A stretch of 64,000 bases of DNA. Source: Bacilli bacterium. GTDB lineage: Bacteria; Bacillota_I; Bacilli_A; RFN20; CAG-826. A program made the position numbers and the translations under genes. The stretch is taken from assembly GCA_022653695.1 (NCBI GenBank), contig JALCSW010000002.1, forward strand, positions 278,605 to 342,604, in the 5' to 3' direction. Positions 1 to 6,244 of this stretch are shown here, one piece after another. Below the pieces are notes generated by a model. That model was not told the DNA's origin. It made no database searches and saw only the letters and a program-made list of their open reading frames with translations. The first letter of the stretch is position 1; each line of letters begins with the position of its first letter.

Positions 1-518
1 CCCATGATCTCGATTCTCGTTCGCGATCCAAGAAGCTTCAGAACGCAACCGAGAAAGGAAAGGAGACTGCCGCTTTGAATCGTGGTCTCATAGGGATAGT
101 CAAGGGGAAGCGTGAGGAAGGAATCGCCCATGTAAGAATGGTTTGTTTTCACCATCCACTCCAAACGGTTGAGATAGCTCATGCCCGCCTCTTCCAGCAA
201 CGCCTTCAGCCCCTCCCGCGATTCGCTGGGGCTCCGCTCCGTCACGTAGACCGGGGTCATGTTGACCCGATAATAAACAGGGCGGCGCAACGACAAATCG
301 ATTCCGGGGATCCCTTGGAAAATCGACGATGGCAAAGCGTCGATCACATCGTAATAGGGCTCGATCGAGTATTGGTATTCCTCGTCGTCGAATTTCTCAT
401 AGGAGATTTTGGCCACTTTGAAAAGGATGCTCGTCCGATACGAGAGGACGATTTCCCCCTCCGTCAAAACGATGCGGCGCCCCGCGACGATGGGTTTCGT
501 CAATTCGTTTTCTTGCAT
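1..518 (-). CDS. hypothetical protein, 3'-truncated by the window edge; partner ORF overlapping the HipA-like kinase gene
   Basis: Hand translation of the minus strand from ATG 518..516 (MQENELTKPIVAGRRIVLTEGE...) stays open for 172 codons to position 1. It is absent from the ORF track because no stop lies in the window. Third codon positions are GC-rich like the real genes here. The start overlaps the kinase stop by 19 nt. Confidence 0.5.
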   Translation of the reverse strand, partial: MQENELTKPIVAGRRIVLTEGEIVLSYRTSILFKVAKISYEKFDDEEYQYSIEPYYDVIDALPSSIFQGIPGIDLSLRRPVYYRVNMTPVYVTERSPSESREGLKALLEEAGMSYLNRLEWMVKTNHSYMGDSFLTLPLDYPYETTIQSGSLLSFLGCVLKLLGSRTRIEIM

Positions 519-1252
519 AATGCCTCGTAGGGCCCCTTAAGCAAACCTTCGTAACGCGCCCGCAAAACCGATTTGTAGAATTCCTTCCGCGTTGGGCTCC
601 ATTCGGGAACCGATTCGATAAACAAGCCGATTTTTCCCAGATCGACCGACGGGACGATTTTCAGCAACGCCCTATTGCACGCGGGAAAGCGCAAGGACGA
701 AATAACGTCGTAATACGAGCTTTTCTTGTTGCCGATCCGAATCTGCGAAACGGGAAATCGGAAGACCCTCTTCCTCATTTCGTCCGCGTCGTCCAGGACT
801 TTCCGCAAATCCTCATCGGTGCTGAGACGCCGGAAAAACGAGGATCCATTATCGAAAATCGGGGCCATTCGGTATTTGTTGTCCTTTTTCAAAAAGCCCC
901 AGTTTCCGCCGTGCCGGTCGAAATTCCCGATCAACGCGTCGACCAAATACATCTGCCAAAAAACGGAAATCGTTTCCGAAACGTCGGTCAGCTTTCGGTT
1001 GTCCTCCAGCATCGCCATGATGTCGTCATACGAATAATGAAAACGTTCTTTGTCCTCTTCCAAAGTGGAATCGCCCACGTCGTTGAAAGGAACGAATTGC
1101 TCGTGGGGAGAGGTGAAGTCGCGCATGATAACGGCTTCTTTTCCCTTGTATACGCCCAAATAGGTATCTTGGGCGTCCAAACCCACCAACTGGAAAACGT
1201 GAGAACCCAAATATTCGGAAAAGTGATTCACCAGCAAACCACTCTCGGTCAT
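500..1252 (-). CDS. HipA-like serine/threonine kinase (HipA_C-type catalytic core); the 5' end may be frameshifted
   Basis: Contains the LIGNFDRHGGNWGF motif (the DRHxxN catalytic loop of the HipA family). The frame stays open for 42 more protein-like codons upstream of Met-1252 with no start codon. Confidence 0.7.
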   Translation of the reverse strand: MTESGLLVNHFSEYLGSHVFQLVGLDAQDTYLGVYKGKEAVIMRDFTSPHEQFVPFNDVGDSTLEEDKERFHYSYDDIMAMLEDNRKLTDVSETISVFWQMYLVDALIGNFDRHGGNWGFLKKDNKYRMAPIFDNGSSFFRRLSTDEDLRKVLDDADEMRKRVFRFPVSQIRIGNKKSSYYDVISSLRFPACNRALLKIVPSVDLGKIGLFIESVPEWSPTRKEFYKSVLRARYEGLLKGPYEALCKKTN

Positions 1253-1377
1253 TTTTCTGAACTTGACGATAAAATCGGTCCCCTCGACGGTGATGCCGAT
1301 TTTGTCCTCGGACCCAGAATGGAAGCGATCGTTTTTCTTGTAGCGGAATGGTCCTTCATTTTCGCTCCCTCGATTGG

Positions 1378-1405
1378 ATTATACCAAATAGGCATAGTGT
1401 TTCAA
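1378..1405 (-). promoter_or_regulatory. sigma-A type promoter of the HipA-like locus
   Basis: On the minus strand: TTGAAA (1405..1400), 16 nt spacer, TATAAT (1383..1378), then a GAGGGA SD and ATG at 1359. Confidence 0.6.
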
Positions 1406-1531
1406 TAGGTTCAAGAAATGTTTTTGAAACAAAAGAGTGCAAAAGCCAGTCGCCGAAACGAAAAGCGCCCCGCCCGATCGCAAGCGGAAGCGAAGCTGGG
1501 AGTTTGCAAAACGCGGCAAAGGAACTAACAT

Positions 1532-1771
1532 ATGGTTGCGTTCGCCCCTCAGTTGTGCGTATATGGCGAGAATCTTCCTTTCCGCAATGGGGACGTCATC
1601 TACGGAACCTACTGGTCAGCCGCCTATTACGCCCCGCTCCTCTATTTCGATTGGCCCATAAGCCTCATAATCATCGGCCTTTATGGCCTCGTCTTCATTT
1701 TGGCTTCGTTCGTGCCCCTCGCCATAGCCTCGCACGTCAATATCTCGGAAGTCCTGGTGGAAGAAAGATGA
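1532..1771 (+). CDS. small membrane protein (79 aa)
   Basis: AAGGA SD lies 8 nt upstream. It has one clear TM helix (WPISLIIIGLYGLVFILASFVPLAIA) and GC-rich third codon positions. Its stop overlaps the next start as ATGA. Confidence 0.45.
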   Translation: MVAFAPQLCVYGENLPFRNGDVIYGTYWSAAYYAPLLYFDWPISLIIIGLYGLVFILASFVPLAIASHVNISEVLVEER

Positions 1772-2562
1772 AACGGAAACTTTTGGCGATTCTTTTGGCG
1801 ATGACCGACATCGTTCTTCTCGTGGGCGTGGCCTCTTCCTGCCGCTACCCCGAGAAAGAGGCGGTCTCTTTCCTGATCGGGCAAGCGAAAGGCGACGACG
1901 GCTACCATTACCTTAATGGCAGGGAAGAGACGGCCCATGTCATGGTCAGCTCCCTCCTCAGCCAAGGCTCGGTGGTCGGAACCACGAATTTGCCACGGGC
2001 CGTCCTGAAGGGCGCGGAAGGCGCCCTTACTTTCGGCGAAGCCTACGAAGCGGGAACCATTGTCGACGGGCGCGCCGTGCCCTATCCCTTCCGCCCCCTT
2101 TCCTTTAATGGCGGGGCCTATGTCGTCGAGCGCTTGGACGCGGGGACGGCCGAGGGCGAGATCGGCGTCGAAGAGTATCTTTCTTTCGAATCGCTCACCG
2201 ATTTCCGAGTCATCGTGGGCGGGGATTCCTTCGATGCCTCGACGGTGTCCTTCCTCTATCGGAGCGTTTCGAAAACCTACGGGGTCTCCGTCTTGATCGG
2301 CCATGGGGACCGCTACCTCTCGAACATGCCGTGCTCCATCGCCTTCGAAGAGTCCCTCAAACTGGGCGAAGGGCCGTTCGTCCCCTCTTCCTTCGTTTAC
2401 GAGGGGGACGGGTCGTCCTTCGTCTACAAAGTGGGCTTCCACGATGGGCGCAAAGTGGCCCTTCGCAAAGACGTCAAGGTGGTCTCCTTCGTCCATGGCT
2501 ATAGCGGGTTGGCCCCAACGGACGAACTGAGCCAAGGCAACGTCGTCGTCAAGAAGATCTAG
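1768..2562 (+). CDS. putative lipoprotein with a beta-rich C-terminal domain
   Basis: The internal Met of ORF 1348..2562 gives MKRKLLAILLAMTDIVLLVGVASSC, a signal peptide plus lipobox Cys. GGTGGAAG lies upstream. The ATGA overlap couples it to the small membrane ORF. Confidence 0.7.
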   Translation: MKRKLLAILLAMTDIVLLVGVASSCRYPEKEAVSFLIGQAKGDDGYHYLNGREETAHVMVSSLLSQGSVVGTTNLPRAVLKGAEGALTFGEAYEAGTIVDGRAVPYPFRPLSFNGGAYVVERLDAGTAEGEIGVEEYLSFESLTDFRVIVGGDSFDASTVSFLYRSVSKTYGVSVLIGHGDRYLSNMPCSIAFEESLKLGEGPFVPSSFVYEGDGSSFVYKVGFHDGRKVALRKDVKVVSFVHGYSGLAPTDELSQGNVVVKKI

Positions 2563-2594
2563 CGCCAAACGAAAAGGCGCCTTTTCTTCGTTCC

Positions 2595-3716
2595 CTAACG
2601 GATTTTTTTGACGTAACTCCGCCTCCGCTTATGGAAAACGGTTTTGAAACGGTCCCACGTGTTCTTGATCTCAAGGTTGCCGTCGAGGTTCAGATTCGTC
2701 TCCGCGTATTCGACCCCCCCGCTCCCAAGGATATCCATGACCATCGAGAGAAACCCCCACTCGATGCCGGTGTTCCGGTAGTCGGGGCGAACCCCGATGA
2801 GGCCCATGTCGAGGACCTTGGGGCGCTTGATGTCATGAAGCAGCCTGACGAGGCAGGCCGGAGTAAGGCGGCCCCCGCTCTTCTGCACCGCTTTCGACAA
2901 AGACGGGAAGCAAAGCCCGAAGGCCACGCATTCGCCGCTTCCGTCAAGGATAAGGCTAAGGTATTTCGGATCGAGGATCATCTTGAAACTCGCGATCATG
3001 CTCTTCCGTTGCCGTTCCGTGAAAGGGACGGTCATGTAAATGTCCCGATAGGTCTCGTCGACGATGTCGAAGAAAGCGTCCCCGTAGTCCCGAAAGAGCT
3101 GACGGGCGCTTTTGATAACGGCGAAATGGAGATTCAGTCTCTTCATCACGAGGCGCGATATGTCATGGTAGCGGGGATCGATGCTTTCGGGGGCGAAAAC
3201 CTTCCGCTCCGTCCAGTCGGCTTCCTTTCGGTAGCCCTGCGCCTCGATGAGGTTTTGGTAATAGGCGTAGTTGTATTGCTCCTCGTATGTCGAGAGCTGG
3301 TCGAAGCCCTCGATGAGCAAGCCCTCCCGCTCCATGTCGCTGAAGCCAAGGGGCCCCACGATTTCGTCCATCCCCTTGGCTAAGGCCCACTTTTCGAGGG
3401 CCCCGAAAAGAGAGGCCGCCACCCTGGGGTCGTCGATGGCGTCGAAACGATTGAAACGAACGCGTTTCTGACGCCATTTCCCGTTGCTCGCGAAATTGAG
3501 GATCGCCTCGATGCGGCCGACGACTTTCCCCCCATCGTAAGCGAGAAAATGTTCGGCTTGGCTGCTTTCGTAGTAGAAGTAACGAGGACTGAAGAGTTTT
3601 TTCTCTTCGCCATAAAGGTTCGGCACGAAATAGGGGTTGCCCTTATATAAGGCGAGGGGGAAGCCGATGAACTGGCTTCGCTGCCGATGGGTCCGGACGG
3701 GTTTGACTTCGATCAT
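2595..3716 (-). CDS. GNAT-like acyltransferase-fold protein (373 aa), function unknown
   Basis: Intact 373-aa ORF. The overall pattern (GKVVGRIEAI..., ...GIEWGFL...) resembles two-lobed GNAT-like proteins. It starts 6 nt after the degV stop. Confidence 0.55.
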   Translation of the reverse strand: MIEVKPVRTHRQRSQFIGFPLALYKGNPYFVPNLYGEEKKLFSPRYFYYESSQAEHFLAYDGGKVVGRIEAILNFASNGKWRQKRVRFNRFDAIDDPRVAASLFGALEKWALAKGMDEIVGPLGFSDMEREGLLIEGFDQLSTYEEQYNYAYYQNLIEAQGYRKEADWTERKVFAPESIDPRYHDISRLVMKRLNLHFAVIKSARQLFRDYGDAFFDIVDETYRDIYMTVPFTERQRKSMIASFKMILDPKYLSLILDGSGECVAFGLCFPSLSKAVQKSGGRLTPACLVRLLHDIKRPKVLDMGLIGVRPDYRNTGIEWGFLSMVMDILGSGGVEYAETNLNLDGNLEIKNTWDRFKTVFHKRRRSYVKKIR

Positions 3717-3722
3717 GTCGCT

Positions 3723-4592
3723 TCACCGATGCCGGGCGTAGAAGTTGACGGCGATGCAGTCCGGCCCGCAGTGGGCGCCGGCGACGGGGCCGACCGGAAC
3801 GATCTCGATAGGAAGGTCATGGCCGAAACGAAGCCGCAGCATATGGGCCATCCTTTCGGCGAGGAAAAGGCAATCGCAATGGCCGATGATGACCTTGTGA
3901 TCCTTGATGCGATATTGGAGCTCCTCCACGTACTGAAGCAGTTTGCTGAGGGCCGTGAGGCGCCCCAAAGCCTTCGAGATCGAAACCAGCCCCCCTTCCG
4001 CGGTCATGTAGATGATGGGCTTGACGCCGACGAGGCCCCCCATCGCGGCGCTGAAATTGCTCACGCGCCCGCTTCGGGCGAAGAACCTGAGGTTGTCGGC
4101 GTAGAAATAAGTGGCGAAATGCTGGACCTCGCGTTCCGCCCACGCGACGATCGCCTCGGGCGAGGCCCCTTCTTTATGCATCCGCCCGATTTCCTGGCAC
4201 ATGCCAAGAGCCCCGACGGTCACGGCTTTCGTGTCAACGTCGTAGTATTTGCGGTCCGGGTATTTTCGCCTAAGTTGATCGAGGGCGATCCTCATGGCGG
4301 AGAAAGTCCCGCTCATGGCGCTCGAAAAATGGACGTAAAGGATATCGTGGCCGGCCTTGAAGGAGGGCTCGAAATAATCGACGTACTGCTTGGGGCTCAG
4401 CCCGCAGGTCTTCGGAATGAGGCCTTTGCGCAAGGCCTGATAATACTCATGGACCCGGAATTCCTTCCAATCGAGGTAAGGGTATATCTCCTTCCCCTCG
4501 ACGATATAAGGCATCGCGATGACGTTGTATCCGTACTCGGCGGCGATCTTCGGCGTGACGTCGCAATCGCCGTCGGTGAACAAATCGTACAT
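3723..4592 (-). CDS. DegV family fatty-acid-binding protein
   Basis: MYDLFTDGDCDV... is a typical DegV N-terminus. The start was chosen at the internal Met because GGGGGGAA lies upstream of it. Confidence 0.85.
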   Translation of the reverse strand: MYDLFTDGDCDVTPKIAAEYGYNVIAMPYIVEGKEIYPYLDWKEFRVHEYYQALRKGLIPKTCGLSPKQYVDYFEPSFKAGHDILYVHFSSAMSGTFSAMRIALDQLRRKYPDRKYYDVDTKAVTVGALGMCQEIGRMHKEGASPEAIVAWAEREVQHFATYFYADNLRFFARSGRVSNFSAAMGGLVGVKPIIYMTAEGGLVSISKALGRLTALSKLLQYVEELQYRIKDHKVIIGHCDCLFLAERMAHMLRLRFGHDLPIEIVPVGPVAGAHCGPDCIAVNFYARHR

Positions 4593-4634
4593 TGTGGCGT
4601 TTCCCCCCTGATGGCCTTTCGGGAATCGAAAAAA

Positions 4635-4662
4635 TTTTACGTTCAATCGGTGGTTGTGTCAA
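4635..4662 (-). promoter_or_regulatory. promoter of the degV/GNAT-like bicistron
   Basis: On the minus strand: TTGACA (4662..4657), 17 nt, TAAAAT (4640..4635). Confidence 0.6.
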
Positions 4663-5042
4663 CTTGCCAATGACCCGGTTGTGGCAATCGATCAAGCCGA
4701 CGGCAAGTGGGCCGAAACTCTCTGGCCCATGCCGGAAACCATCGAAGGGAAAACTGAAATCAGGGGCCTCGCGAGGCCTCTTAACGCCAACGGCGACCAA
4801 GTCGTTCATGTCAAGACATGAGACGCGGCGGCGAAATGGCTCCAAGGCTATCCCGATCCTTGCCGCCTCCTCAAGCGAACGAAGCGCGGCGAAGACGAAG
4901 GCCGCAAGAATCATCAGGGCAAAGATTCAAATAAAAGCGCTGATAATCTGGCACGTAATAATAACGGAAAAAAGATTAGAAAACATCGAATTATTTCAGT
5001 TTACCCAGTTTAGTTAGCTACTTTAAAAACAAACGCAGACCA

Positions 5043-5071
5043 TTGCATTGTTTTTATTGATGAGGTATATA
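5043..5071 (+). promoter_or_regulatory. promoter of the lipoprotein/708-aa protein operon
   Basis: TTGCAT (5043..5048), 17 nt, TATATA (5066..5071). AAAGGGG SD precedes ATG 5096. Confidence 0.5.
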
Positions 5072-5095
5072 TATTAAATAATAAAGGGGTAATAT

Positions 5096-6232
5096 ATGCG
5101 TAAATTAAATAAAGGGATTTTGCTTTTTTTGCCTTTATTTGTTATTTCGGGTTGTTCGGATGGCTCCAGCGAGAGGTCGTCGTCAAGTTCTTCAAGCGAT
5201 TCTAGTCCAAAAGCCGATGTCTATTACGACGGGCCGGATGCCACGTCTTATTATGTGGCCGCCGACATTTACAATTCCTCCGTTCCGACAGCGGATATAG
5301 TGCCGGAAAGCGCCCTTTCGCCCAAGAGCAGCGGCCGCTACCTTCTCCCAGCAGGATCCTCCTATCCGCCGCGTGCGCTCGCCGTAGACTGGAAAGTCGA
5401 TATAAGGGAATGCGAAGGAAAGGAAGTCGTAGGAAAGAACATCACAATCCTTGACAGTTTCTCATTCGACGCGACGTTCGAGGCCGGCGGCGGCCTTTAC
5501 CCGGACAAGTCATTTGAGGGCCAAACCTGCAAGGGCGTCGTTTCCCTGCTCAACGTTGAGACCTTGTGTGAGCCCCCGGATGAGCAGCCCTCGAGCGAGC
5601 ACCATTACGTCCTCAGCGTCGTCTTCGCCAAAGGCGCCAAGTTCTTCGGTCTTGGAGCCTCGGATATCAGCAAGGGAATCGAGGATTCGGGGAACCTTTC
5701 GGACGGCTTTTCGATCGGCTCCAACTACCTTACGTTCCGAAGCCTGGAAACGCCAGACACGGCCGACCTTATGTATGATCCGGTCGTCGACTTCGAACTC
5801 AGACTAAGAAGCCAGGGGCAGACCGTCAATTCGATTTGGTGTGGGCTCACATCGGGTAGATACGTCGACGGCAAGTTCGTAAGTGGCTATCTAGTGCCCT
5901 TCACCATCGACCCGGCTTCCTATAAGAGCATCGGGCCCGGCCGCTCGTTTAAGGTCCGCTCATTGAAAAACACCATGTCAAAGGCGGAAGGCGCGGTCGA
6001 CAAGTCGAGCGTGACGAAAACCAGCGACGGGGCCGTAGTAGCCAAAGCCATCATCGACGGGAAGCCGATTACGATACATGAATACTCGCCATCCGTCGTG
6101 GATTCTTCGTCAAATCCGGTTTCGTCATATTCTCTCGACGCCATTTCGAGGGTCAGTCTCTATTACCCTTATTCGGACCTAAAGGTTTTTTCCGATTATT
6201 ATTCGGAAGGTTTCTCCACTTTCTCAATCTGA
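5096..6232 (+). CDS. lipoprotein, function unknown
   Basis: MRKLNKGILLFLPLFVISGC gives a signal peptide plus ISGC lipobox, followed by a Ser-rich linker. Confidence 0.75.
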   Translation: MRKLNKGILLFLPLFVISGCSDGSSERSSSSSSSDSSPKADVYYDGPDATSYYVAADIYNSSVPTADIVPESALSPKSSGRYLLPAGSSYPPRALAVDWKVDIRECEGKEVVGKNITILDSFSFDATFEAGGGLYPDKSFEGQTCKGVVSLLNVETLCEPPDEQPSSEHHYVLSVVFAKGAKFFGLGASDISKGIEDSGNLSDGFSIGSNYLTFRSLETPDTADLMYDPVVDFELRLRSQGQTVNSIWCGLTSGRYVDGKFVSGYLVPFTIDPASYKSIGPGRSFKVRSLKNTMSKAEGAVDKSSVTKTSDGAVVAKAIIDGKPITIHEYSPSVVDSSSNPVSSYSLDAISRVSLYYPYSDLKVFSDYYSEGFSTFSI

Positions 6233-6244
6233 AGGCAACAAAAA

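Noticed and set aside
75-530. 151-aa plus-strand ORF at the left edge.
   Set aside because: The minus strand carries a cleaner ORF with native codon bias that is translationally coupled to the kinase gene. The plus-strand product is low-complexity and Arg-rich.
4447-4914. 155-aa minus-strand ORF in the spacer upstream of degV. It includes a GLIDCHN heptapeptide that also occurs at the GlgD N-terminus.
   Set aside because: It would read through the degV promoter and overlap degV out of frame by about 145 nt. The heptapeptide match has no supporting DNA or flanking similarity and is treated as coincidence. The region is kept only as a possible gene remnant.
5121-5130. T7 tract inside the lipoprotein signal-peptide coding region, plus other short homopolymers (C7 at 27345-27351, G6 in the degV SD at about 4601-4607, T7 at 47686-47692), considered as phase-variation switches.
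   Set aside because: The tracts are short (6-8 nt). Several form part of terminator stems or U-tracts. There is no evidence of length heterogeneity from a single sequence.
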